A stretch of DNA of 64,000 nucleotides, taken from positions 29,388,001-29,452,000 of the forward strand of contig CM052829.1 in assembly GCA_028534125.1 (NCBI GenBank), read 5' to 3'. Under the pieces are notes generated by a model, which had not been told where the DNA came from, did no database searches, and saw only the letters and a program-made list of their open reading frames with translations. Source of the DNA: Lama glama (lineage: Eukaryota). Shown piece after piece: positions 24,791-37,074 of the stretch; positions within the stretch are counted from its first letter, which is position 1, and each line of letters starts with the position of its first letter. Position numbers and translations under genes: made by a program.

Positions 24791-27372
24791 GATAAGAGAA
24801 TATGTCCATTAAGTTTCCCCAGTGCAAGACCCTTGCTTTATCCCCCATTATGCTTCCACCCTGGAAACTAAACAGAGGCTCTGAAAGGCTCGGGATCACT
24901 GGTACTCCAAACACGGGGTGTCTAGTTCCCTGAAGTTCTGAATAATGAGTGGAAAAATCATTGTTTCAGTATAAAAATTAAATTGATTAGCAAATCAAAT
25001 GGTAACAAAGGAGAATGACAATGATTTCACTTAATTGAAAGCAAGGTGAAAAAGATCAAAACTAGTACTTTCAAAAGAAAAAAAATCAAGCTGGTTAAAG
25101 TACCAAGGAGAATGTAAGAACTTAAGGGTAAGTCAATTGGACAGCAGTGTCAAAGATGTAGAAAAAATGTTGGCTCATTTTGAATCAGAAAAGAAATTAT
25201 GGAAACTTTATACAAATCAATGAAGTTTGGTGAGGTTTCCCCATCCTCACTGATCACTGCTCAGAAATCTGTACTCGGATTGAATATCTGTTCCTCCCTA
25301 TTGAAAGGCAGAAAAGAATCAAAAATGGAAAATGAGATGTGTAATTTAACTACTGTATGTGGTGTATATACTCACTTTATATTCATATGGGGTTGGCCAA
25401 AAAAAAAATCTCTACCAGGCAAGATAAAATTATTCTGGCCAGTCTCTGATATTTACAGGGAGAGTACATGTTCAAGATCTCTTTTATGCTTTTTAATAAC
25501 TAAACAAGAAGAAAATGTAGATGATTTCCATTTTTAATTTGAGGACTGAGTATATATTAGCTCTTTTAAAGAAAAGTAATTTGGCCCAGATCCAGAAACA
25601 CATCTTCCCTTGATAATAATAAGCCTTTATTTTTATAAAGCTATATATGTAGAAAATGAAATATCACTTTCTTAATGAATTTGTGGCAGGTGTTTATGTT
25701 TCAGATGGGTAAGAAGAAGCCTGAAGTGGGAGATACTAATTTTGTGGGATGATTCTCCTTTGTTTTTCTCGATTAATACTTGGTATTTTTTTAAAAAATA
25801 ATTCATAAGAGATGTATAATCTTTGTATTCATTGCTTAGAAAATTTCATATGATCTACTAAATTTTGCTCTACTATATTATTTTAGCTTGTGGGAACATT
25901 TAGTATAATTGCTTTGGCTGTTCTTCATTTGATAGTGAACCTCCCTAGCTTCAAAAAGAGTATCTTGGATGTTGTTTGGGTTCAGTAAATAACTATTTGT
26001 TACTGTTAAGCGATACTGAGATTTCTGTTTTAAATGGCCTTCTTGGCATGCAGCCCTGGACATAACATCTCTAAATTTCCCATCAAATTGACTATGAAGA
26101 CTCAGAAAAAGATGACATTTCATGATATGGAAAATATAGACTGATGGCCAACTTCCAGAATTTGGGAGGAATTTTGGATTTTTTCCCCCTATATTTAGTT
26201 TCAGAAAACTTCAAGAGTATGGCAGTTAAAATCATTTTGCAGTGAACATCTGCAATGCTAACCACCCCGATTTTACTGTTGTCATGTTACTCTGCTTGTT
26301 TTGTCATAAGTACATCCATAGCTCTGTTACTGGAACTGGATTTTTAAATGCAGTTGATGGGTTACCTGTGCTCATTAGAACTTACTGAGCTTGTCTTGAA
26401 GCAAGAAGTAAAAACTGTATTGAACCTGACTTAACAGACGTTTTCCTGAAAGTGAAAAACTGGACAACTACTCCTGTGTTTGCTTTTCCAAGTAAATCCC
26501 ATCTTCAGGTACTTACCTATTGGTTTAAAAATCCATTCACGAAAGTAACTGAGAGTGTAAATGAGAAATAGGGAGAGAGGATATGTGGTTATATTTCGTA
26601 CTGTGCAGAGCACATTTCCTGCAAGCGGGACACTGCAAGCAAAAGAGGAGAAGGCCAGGTAGCAGTTTATGCTGGAGCCTCTAGTTTTTAAATTATTCAA
26701 GCTGTTCTGAGCATTAGACAGCTGGGAGTGGGAGTGGAGTAAGATCCACCTTGGGGCTGTGGAGCATCACCAGATGTAGCCTGCTAGAGTCTAGAGCTTG
26801 GATACGAAGCACGCACATCATCTAGCCATCCAGTTGTCCATCTGAGAAAAGGATTCAGCCATCACAGAAGGACATATGGAGTGGAGCAAAGAGCAAGGAT
26901 GCACTCATTTTGTTAGCTATCACCCCAAGTTCAGTCTAGCTTTAGACTTGCCCAAACATACATAAAAAGAAGTGGCATAGGGACCTTTATAAGTAAAGAT
27001 ACTGCAGAATTACTCTACAATAATAGATACCTGTAGAAAATGCAACAGCATTTATAGTGTTTTGAGGAGGAGTAGTGAGCCAAGAATTTTATTCCGGTCC
27101 AATTAGTATTCCTAAGAGAAAGTTACAAAATTTTAGGCATTTTTATTAAGCAGGAGTTTAGAAAACACACCCTCATACAACTTGCATGACGAAAGTGAGA
27201 CCCTAAAGAGGCCATGCCGTTCCATGAGTTCCTTACACATTTGGATCCCAGATCCCAGGAACTTAGCTGGGATGTATGCTTGATAGGTAGATTGTGAGGC
27301 CCAGGAGGAACTTGAAGCCCGGTCTGCAATGCCTTTCTCAGATGTTCTATTTCCTCATTTTCTGATACCATA

Positions 27373-27749
27373 TGTATGAGTTTGCCAAGGCTGCCATAAC
27401 AAAATACCAGAGACTGTCTGGCTTAAAGAATAAAACCTTATTTTCTCAGCGTTCTAGAGGCGGTAAGTTCAAGGATCAAGGTGCCAGCAGGTTTGCGTTC
27501 TGAGGCCTCACTGCTTGGCTGGCAGGTGGCAGCCTTATTTCTGTGTCCTCGTGTGGTCTTCCTTCCTTGCAGTTGCGTCCCTGCTGTCTCTGTGAGTCCG
27601 AATTTCCTCCTCGTATAACACTCAGACCCTAAGGGTCTCATTTTAACTTAATCACCTCTTTAAAGGCCCTCTCTCCAGATACCATCACATTCTGAAGGAC
27701 TGGGATTTAGAGACGAATTTGGGGAGGAGATACAGTTCAGCCCATAACA
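27373..27749 (-). mobile_element. MaLR solo LTR (MLT1A/B-like)
   Basis: TG...CA termini; 'ggctgccataacaaaatacca', 'gatcaaggtgccagcagg', 'ttaacttaatcacctctttaaaggccct', 'cagttcagcccataaca'. Flanks CCATA/TCATA resemble a 5-bp TSD. Confidence 0.85.
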
Positions 27750-28474
27750 TCATATTTATTCAGGTGTCTGATGACCTTTTAAAACTCGACCAGATGTTCT
27801 TCTTTCTTGAGCACTTGATAGCAATGGCCAAATGCTTTACATGAGTGTAGACTTGGTTTCACTGTGACAAAACAACAGCACTTGAAAATTAGCAGCACTG
27901 AGAGACTCAGAAGTCACAGCGATATCCTAGATGCAAAGTTAGCTAAGAAGGCCTTGCTCCTAAAGGAAAGTGGATGGCGCGGTCCCTAGTGCAACTCCAC
28001 CTGAGTGTTCACTTTGAAAGTGCGTTAGGGTTTCAGTGGGCTAATGGGCATCGCATCATTCAGGGTCACTTCCTAGGTGGAATCTCAACAGCACTGGAAA
28101 GCCATTCTGAGAAACCCCAGGTGTCACGTGGCTGTGTTAATAAGCAAAGGGTCAACAGGGCCTTTTTTTGGTTGGAGCAGCAACAAGTGGCTAAGACACC
28201 AGTGGCTTACACGTGGGAGAGCCTGAGCCAAAATGAAAGGTGGAGCCTGGCTTCACAGTGGCTTCACCAGACCAAGAGGAAAGGGCACCAGACCTCTGGC
28301 TCCAACTTTTCCATCAACAGCCCTCTGACCTATTAAAAAACAGAGTTCAGTAGCAGTTTCCATGAATTGTGAGAGTAAAAGAGGAGCTCATACGGGCTTT
28401 GTGAACACACATCAACCATGATTAGACCTTGCCCCTCATATTTAACACTAAATAAAGAAAACAAGATGTGATAA

Positions 28475-28903
28475 TGTATTAGTCAGGGTTCTCCAGAGAA
28501 AAGAACAGTGTGTATGTGGAGTTGGGGGCAGACAGAAGGGAAGAAAGAATTATTTTTAAGGAATTGACTCATAGGGTTGTGGAGGCTGGTAAGTCCAAAA
28601 TTTGCAGGGCAGGCTGACAGGCTAGAAAATCTGGCAGGAGATGATGTTGCAGTGTTGAGGTCAGAGGCAGCCTGGAGGCAGAGTTCTTTTTCAGGGAACC
28701 TCAGTCTTTTCTCTTAAGGCCTTCAACTGATTGGATGGAGCCCACCCACATGATAGAGGTTCATCGGCTTTACTCAAAATCTACTGATTAAATGTGAATC
28801 ACATCTAGAAACTTCCTTCCCAGCAACATCTAGATTGGTGTTGGCCAAACAACAGGGCACCATGACCTCATAGCTAAGTTGACACTTAACATTAACCAGC
28901 ACA
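28475..28903 (-). mobile_element. ERVL solo LTR (MLT2, MLT2D-like)
   Basis: 'tgtattagtcagggttctccagagaa...aaggaattgactca...ggccttcaactgattggatggagcccaccca...aagttgacacttaacattaaccagcaca'. Confidence 0.85.
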
Positions 28904-31900
28904 GACGACTAGGAATGGCTCCAGAAATTTGATGAAAGAAGAATACCACAGTCACAGTGGAGGAGGAGAGCATAGTGTTGACAATATTACTAAAAAACAA
29001 ACAAACTTCAGAAAATATGTTTTTATTATTAGTAGAATTTTTAAAAATAAAGGCTCTGAGATAAGAGCACCTAGGACTCAGGAGTATTTTTTCAGGTTAT
29101 GCATGCCTAAGAGAAGCTATAAATATGCGCTTATGTTTGTTTTCGCATCATAGAGATGCATTTGGCTGTGAAAATGGAAATGTGTGCATCACCACAAATA
29201 GCGTTTACTCTGGACTAATCACTGGTGAATAGTTTTGTTAATGGGTATTGCAATAATATTATTATTAGAACCATTCAAAGTAAAAAATCAGAACCCGTAG
29301 TTTGCTAAACTGTTTTGCCAATTTCGTTGCAGGGGGCAGTGTTTGAACCGAAATATTTGGAATTTTATACCGTTCAAGTGATTTATAGATAGAAAAAGCT
29401 AGAATGTTTGGCATTAGGACCATTCCAGGAAATAAAAGACAGAGTTGCCATAAATAGTTGGGATCCCCAGCATCACATGTATTATTTTTCACTTTGGAAA
29501 TTGTCCTTTACTCATTATTCCATACAGACAGTTACTTTTACTTGCTGGTGGCTTTACTCTTTAACAGCATACTGGTTAAGATATCCAGTTTGAATTTCAC
29601 ATTGTGAAATGCGTAGCCTCAAAATATAAACTCTTGTCTTTTTAATCCTCCAAAAGAAGTTTAAGAATGTTACCTCAGATACAATTTTTCTCATTAGTTG
29701 TGGGTATATAACTTGAATCAGGTGTAATCACTTCAAACGAAAATCTGAAGTGTCTGCATGTTTGGTTTTTAAAATTTTGTCCATGCAAACGGGAAATGCT
29801 AAGATTCCTAGTAATCTTAAGTTTAGCTCATCATCTGTGTGTGTCATGTACAAAAACATATTTTGTTTTTGTTATTTACTTTAGATATCAGAATGATAAC
29901 AAATTTTAAAGTGGAAGAGATCTTTGAGGTCTGTTGTGAGGATCATGTCTTATAAATCACATAATTTTTTTCATATTTTTTGAAGGAAAGTTATTAGATG
30001 GAGCAAAGGAAATCAAACTAATTTGTAAATTATATGCTTAAGTTCTTAATGTTCATTTTGCAACATTTGATATTAAATAGCTGTTTTTAATCTCTTCTTG
30101 TATAAACACCTTGAGCAAAAAATTTCAGCATTTTCCTCTCTTGCTTAAGATTGAACTTTTGACTAATGACATCTGTTAGAAATGTATCAGTTCCACTTCA
30201 TTTTGGAACTGGTGTGATGATATGAGTCAATCTCTTGACAGTCTCAGTAGCTTTCAAGTGTGTCTCTATGGAGAGTTGTTCTTTTACTGGAATGGAAGGT
30301 GTTGACATCCAGGTGTTCAAATCTGGCTGATGGGAAAATCACGATCATTCTCTAGTTTATGTCATCAGGCTTTACCAGATGACATGAAGAATGGTTGTTA
30401 ACGTCTGCTATTTTATCAATTAGACTTGCAGCAGCATAGGTAGAACTCTGGTTGTGCGTAGTGGGAAAATATTTGTGGAAGACAGAATGAATATGATATT
30501 CATGTGCTACATGAAAATTATGCCATAAATTTAATTAATACCAGTTATATTTTGTCCATGTAGTAATGGTGGCATCTGTGTAATTCCAGAAAGATCTATG
30601 ATAAAGCTCAATATTAGTAATATTCTCCAGAATCAGGGAAGCAGCTATAACTGATGACACTAGATCTTGTTTTAAAAATGCACAACCTGTAACTATTTCT
30701 ATTCTTGATCTTTTTTATCTTATATAGTATTTTTGGTATGTGCTTTATTTCATTGCTTTGATTATATTTTTCAGTAGAGTAGTTTATAATTATTTTTCTG
30801 AAACAGCTTTTGGCCTTTGAAGGCAGCAATGGCAATAATTATTTAAATATTTTGTACACAAATTTTTAACCAATATCATATTTTTCTTTAGTGCGAAGAT
30901 CAGAGCTAAAATAAAAAACTCTAATGACTCAGTTTGCAAATTTTGAATTACATTATCATCACATTAGTTACCTCTAGCTTAACATTATTAAATAAAAATA
31001 GTAAAAAAATAATCCTAGAAGAGTTAACCATGCTTTCTTATAAACTGTGAGATGGTGATTTGGGGACATCCCTTTTAAAACTAAGTCTCATTAAAAGGAA
31101 AAAAAAAAAGCACCATTATAAAACTGCACTTGACTTGAAGGAGACCATTTTATTCTGCAGGTGTCCTAATTTCACTTCTGGCTGGAGGGGCATTGTAAGG
31201 TTTTCAGCCAAAACGACAGTGAGAGTTGAATATCTGTTCTATACTGGGATGCTGAGATGCCTGGGAACAGAAAAGAGCTAATCTTACTGTTGAGCAGTAG
31301 TTAATAAGCTACCCGTGTCCAAATGCACACCTCCCGTCCCCTGACAAACAGATGCAGACTAGAGCATGCTTAGTGATGGTCTCTCACCTGACGTGGCTCC
31401 CTATCGACTTTTATTAGGTCCTGTGTCCTTTGTTCAGCCCCCCACCTGACCACCCATGTTTTCCCACCACAGATGTAGTATTTCAAGCAACACACAGCTG
31501 AGATTTCGAAGATTGCCAAAGTCACAATTGCTGCTTTATCTTCCAGTGACTTTGAAAGCTACGGCATGAATGATCAGGACTCCGTCCCTGCACAATCTAT
31601 AGTACATCATTTCAGCTATGCTTTTTACTGCCTCTTAGGGAATTGATTTTTCTTTTCAGTGTACCACCTTTCCCTCAATTCTCTCCTCTAAAGATGGAAG
31701 AGAGAAAGAAAAAAAATTTAGTGCACAAGGTGATTGGAAAGAGCAAAAAGTAGGCATTTACAATCCCATGAGGATGTCAAATGGATGGAAATTATGATAG
31801 GCGACAGTCGCCCTTTCATGCAATAGCAAGTTATATAATTCTGGAGTGGAGAACTGGCCCCAGAACCTTGTACCTTTCAAACCAAGTTCCTTAAAATATA

Positions 31901-32809
31901 ACTCAGTTATTCAGTTGTTTGAATGTGTTTCATATCAAATGTTTCCTTATTTGTTAATCTTGGGTATCTAAATTAGAGGTGAACTCTCCCCATTTTCATA
32001 TACTTTCCGTACCAATGCCGTCCTTTTGTTTGTGAAAAAATAGTTCAGTGTTCAAATAGTCCCCCAAGCATTTAATTGCCAAATGAATTTTCAAAATGTG
32101 ACGTGGAGAGTTAAAACGACATTAAACATATTCAATGCTCAATAGGTCTTAGGGTAAATAACTGTATTTAATTTGTTTAATCCAGTATTACCTAAATTAG
32201 CAAAGTAAAAAACAAACAAAAAAACCCTTTTCCCCCATGATACCTGGTTTAAGCTCACCATTTGGTTAATGTGTAGATAAGAGAACTGAGTAGAAGCAAA
32301 ACACACAGAAGAAGAATTGATAGGACTTGATGTGGGAAGGATACACAGGTCAAGGGAGCCAGGTTCCCAGGTCCCCAACTTGTAACTCAAGTGGTTGATG
32401 GTGCAACTCAAGGGGATGGGACACTGGTGAATGTCATGACGTTCGTATGTGTCCTGGCAACAAACTGTGCCTGTTGTTGTTGCTTTGAAGGAAAGCAGGT
32501 CAATCGGTACATTGCAGGATTTATTATGGAAAGCCCATCCTTAGAAGTAACGTAATGTTTGCAGAGATAGATTTGGTATTCTAACTAGGTGAGGAAGTTG
32601 AATTTGAAAATATGAGATAGAAAAATTATAGCCAGAATAATTGGAACAAATTATATTCCACATTAAGATGCCTTAATCTTTTGACCCAAGCAATTATTTA
32701 ATTTCTGCATTATTGTCATCTAAACATGTTCCATGATTTAGACAAAATATACTGTATCGTGACTCTTGCTGTGTTCTCTTAAATCTCCTCACCCAACAAG
32801 AGGAGCAGA

Positions 32810-33002
32810 NNNNNNNNNNNNNNNNNNNNNNNNNNNNNNNNNNNNNNNNNNNNNNNNNNNNNNNNNNNNNNNNNNNNNNNNNNNNNNNNNNNNNNNNNNN
32901 NNNNNNNNNNNNNNNNNNNNNNNNNNNNNNNNNNNNNNNNNNNNNNNNNNNNNNNNNNNNNNNNNNNNNNNNNNNNNNNNNNNNNNNNNNNNNNNNNNNN
33001 NN
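32810..33002. other. Assembly gap (193 N)
   Basis: Run of N seen directly. Confidence 0.99.
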
Positions 33003-34299
33003 CAATAAAGTGTATACAAAATGGGAGTAGGGACATGCCTAATAAAATGCACTACCTTAATTTTTTTCTAAATACTATTAGTTTGAAATTGTTCTGAAGG
33101 TAATGATGTTCAACTTGTAAATGGGTTGAATATGCCATTATGTTTTTACATTTATGTGCATGCACTGGTTTTGTTAGCAGTGATAGATTGCCTCACTTCT
33201 CCTTGACTCCTGTGTCTCAGAAAAGTGATGGCATTTCTTATTCCCTTCAGTTCAATTTAGCAAACATTTATTGAGTAATTTCTCTGTTTAAGGTACTGTG
33301 AAACTGCCTCTTGTATGACTATAACAAAAAGGAAAAGAATCTGAGAGCATCAACTTAATTTAGGCAAATACTTAATTCCTGGTGATCAAAGCTAATCGGT
33401 GATGGAATCAAGAAAATAACTAGCAGTATTACATTTAAGCAATAGATTCTAGTGCAGTAAGGCAAAACATGATTTTGTATTTTTCATATAAGCCAATTTA
33501 TTACTAAAACATGTACCACACATGAATAATACTGGTGAATATTATATCATTAATAGCTATGAGAAGTATGGAAAAATCATTTGTGGAGACATTGAGCTTA
33601 AATATGGAATAATCAGAATGACAAGGAATACATAGATGTAGGCAGTCATGAACCAACTAAAACAGATAAAAGATAAATCAAGTTAAGGCAAATTTTATAA
33701 TTTCCAAAGCAAGAATGAAGACCCATGTTAAACCAAGATCTTTGGCTCTATAAATCATGAATCAAATAAGCATGACATGCAATGATTGGAAATATTTCCT
33801 GGTGGAAATATTTCACTTTTCAAAATGGTCCTTGATAACATCTTTGATAGAAAGAACTCCTGTTGCAATACTTGATTGAAGTATTAAAGTATCAGTTCAT
33901 GCCATTTCTGTAGCTTATTTAGCTCTCACTTGTCAGCCATTCCAAAAACATCTGTTTGGTACTTTATATCAGCTTGTGAATATGCAAAAGTAACTTAACT
34001 GACAGACCTTTCCATCAAAGAACTCTAGCATTAGAAAAGGTGGACTGAACAGCTCTGGGAGAGATGTGGCTATAGTCTGACTTTATCCCCAACAGGACAA
34101 CTCCTTTGAAAGGTTTGGCTAGATCTTAAAAATTCATGTGAATTTTGCATTCTTCTGGCATTTAAATGCAATTTCTCCCCTAAGTCTTTGGAATCTTTGG
34201 AAGGTTGGCCATAGTTAACTTGTGGTTTCTCCTGTTTCCTGTGGGCACACACATATCCTCATTTGAGACACACAGTATCATGTAGCAGTATCATGTAGG

Positions 34300-34640
34300 T
34301 GTTGCTCTTAAGGGCTTTACCATGAAGTTTTGCTCCAAAATGTGGGAAATGTTTGCTCTGAGTACTGTGGGAGTTCTGGAAAGGGAGGTGATGGCTGGGC
34401 TGGTGTCCTTTGAGAAGGAAAATTTTCAGCTGAGCCTTGAAGAATAGAAGTGCTTTTGGTAGCCAGAGGTGGGAAGACCTTCCAGTCTGACAGAAGGTTC
34501 CTACACTTGTGTGAGCAGCGTGACTGGAAGATGGGGTGAGAATATCTAAAATGAAGATGGAAGGAGGAATAGAGATCAGCTTTTTGGCTTGCTTTGAAAA
34601 CTAAGGATTTTGTTCCTCATATAGTGAACTATTCTTAAGC
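34300..34640 (-). mobile_element. L2 LINE fragment
   Basis: 'tttcagctgagccttgaagaatag...gggaagaccttccag', 'ctaaggattttgttcct'. Confidence 0.45.
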
Positions 34641-35664
34641 TTTGAAAGCCATTTTTTAAGCAAAGTCAATGTGAAAGCCCCACAAATACTTCTATAAACA
34701 TATTTATTTGGAAAGTTTGTAAACTTTCCTTACAAACCAAGAGTATTTTGATAAAAATGAAAACTGAGCTTCTTTGGTTTTGGATGAGAGCTGCTGTCCC
34801 CCTAGTTCAAGATTCAGTTGATTTCTGCACTTTGTTTTGGTTTCATGGTGTCAGGAAAATCTTGATTCATGTAGATAATTCATGTAATTGAAAAAATTTA
34901 TTTTAGTAGTTTATTTTGCAATCCCAGGATAATCTCTTATAAAGCTGATCCAGAGGCTTAAAAGAATAGTTGGAAATTGTTGTTTCAGTGCTGAATCACT
35001 GAGAGAATTCATCTGCTCAGAATGCTTACTAGCAAAGAGTTCAATTTGGGTGAAACAAACCAAAATGTCGTAGGGTACCATTTCAAAATGATCTCAGTTG
35101 TGTCGGTGTTCTGCTCAGTCAAATATTCATTACAAGTTTGCAAAGTCATTGTTATCGTACTTTGCACTTTGAGTCTAAATGGCAAATTTTAGTTTCATCA
35201 AAGACACATTCCCCACAGGTTAAATTTTGACTCCGCATCAAGAAAGTGAGCTTGTACAGCTAAATAAAATCCAAAGTCAGAAGCAAGCCAAAACATTGCA
35301 TCTCTGTTCTTGTTGGGATCTTTATTTAATCAGGTCTCTTCAGCATCAAAAACAAAAAAGTAATTGTTCCTCTCATTACCAGTAGTTGATTAACAACTTT
35401 CCTCACGACCGACAGTGAGCTTTGGTTTGTAACAAGAAATCCCGAAAGTCACTGCTGTCATTTATTTAAGCACTGTACGTGAATGAAATGCAAGTTGGAG
35501 GCCATTATCTCACAGCATTCGGAAAGATGCTGTACTTACTAAACAGCGTGTGCCTGGCAGGACAGCACATCACAGCTGGCTGCATGTAGCTCAGCCCTCA
35601 CTTTTGTACAAGCTGCCACTGAGCTTGCTCCCACCAATGCCGTAAGCATTCTCCTGCACTGCTG

Positions 35665-36320
35665 CCCTGTGTGGCCTTGGGCAGACCTCTCTATACCTCA
35701 GGTCCCTAATTGGATAATATGATGATCCTAGTCCTGTTTCACAATCTTAGTACTATTTCATAGTAATAATTAGGAGGATTAAAAGAGCTAACATCTGTTA
35801 AATAGCCTTGCGCTTGGCAGATGGTAGGCTGTAAAGAGTTGAATTGTATCCCCCCAAAAGATAGATTGAAGTCCTCAGTCCCGCCAGCGGTGACTGTGAC
35901 CTTATTTGGAAAATAGTGTCTTTGCAGATTCATTAAGATGAAGTCATACTGGATTAGGGTGGATCCTCAATCCAATCACCAATATCCTTGTAAGAGGAGG
36001 ACAGACACACAGGCAAGGAGGCCATGTGAAAATAAAGGCTGAGATGAGAGTTACGTTGACACAAACCAAGGGAAAAACACCGAGGATTGCTGGCAGCCAC
36101 CAGAAATTAAGAGAAATTAAGAGAACAGCGCAGAACAGTTTCATTTTCAGAGTGTTTAGAAGGAACCAGCTCCCCTAACACCTTGATTTCAGACTTCTGG
36201 CCATCACTACAGAAGTGTACATTTGTACTCTTTTAAGCTACCCATTTGTGGTAATTCGTTATAGCAGCCCTAGCAACTAATACAGTAAGTAATCAACAAA
36301 TTGTGGCTATTATTATCAAC
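35665..36320 (+). mobile_element. MIR SINE split by an MLT1C-like LTR
   Basis: 'ctgtgtggccttgggcag...gaggattaaaagagctaa...cttggcagatggtagg' before the LTR and the MIR tail 'gtaagtaatcaacaaattgtggctattatt' after it. Confidence 0.65.
35830..36284 (+). mobile_element. MaLR solo LTR (MLT1C-like)
   Basis: 'tgtaaagagttgaattgtatccccccaaaagata...gtgaccttatttggaaaatag...ggccatgtgaa...caccttgatttcagacttctggcc...gcagccctagcaactaataca'. Confidence 0.85.
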
Positions 36321-37074
36321 ATTGTTATTAAAACTAAGTGCATATTAAATGTAACGCATAAATTCTGTTTGCTTTTAATAGCATTTCATTATAGAACGTA
36401 TGCTAAAACAAACCCAGGACTTCATTTCATCTCATGGTCATGTTGTAATTTTATTCCCCTCCAAAACATAATTTTGCAGATTTTCACTGCATTCTACACA
36501 CTGAGGTCTCAGACCCTTGTTATTGCCACAAACAGTGAACCCAGATGGCAGGAAGTAATCATAAAATTGTCCACCTTAGATGAACCTTTGCTTCTGAGTG
36601 ATAATTTTGGGTATCTTGCTTTTATACTGTTGTCAATATTGTCTGTGCCAGTTGAAAAATTACTTTGTCCAAATATAACTTGTCACTTGTTATTGATCCT
36701 TACAAGCTTGACTCTTCCATCATCAGATTTCTTCAGAAATTTTTTAGTGGTAGATAATTTATTTCAAATCACCTGAAATGTTTTAGTACTAAAATTTAAG
36801 TAAGCAGTATCCAAAACTGAGCCCAAGTATTTACTGGGTCCCTGATCTATGCCAGAAAGTTGTTCAAGGTATTCAGAACATGTTGGTGAAAAAAAACAAA
36901 GATTTCTGCCCTTTGGGGACAATACTATAGTAAATAAGTCAATCAAATAATAAGCTAGAAGATAATAATAAGGAAAAAAACTTCACCATGACAAGAACAT
37001 GGAGCCAAAGATACATACCTCAGCTTGGTTTGAAATTTAACTGAATGCATTGAAATCAAGTAAAAATAATATCC

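Noticed and set aside
36303-36776. 157-aa + strand ORF
   Set aside because: It starts at GTG in a MIR tail and has the hydrophobic I/L/F composition typical of chance ORFs in AT-rich DNA.
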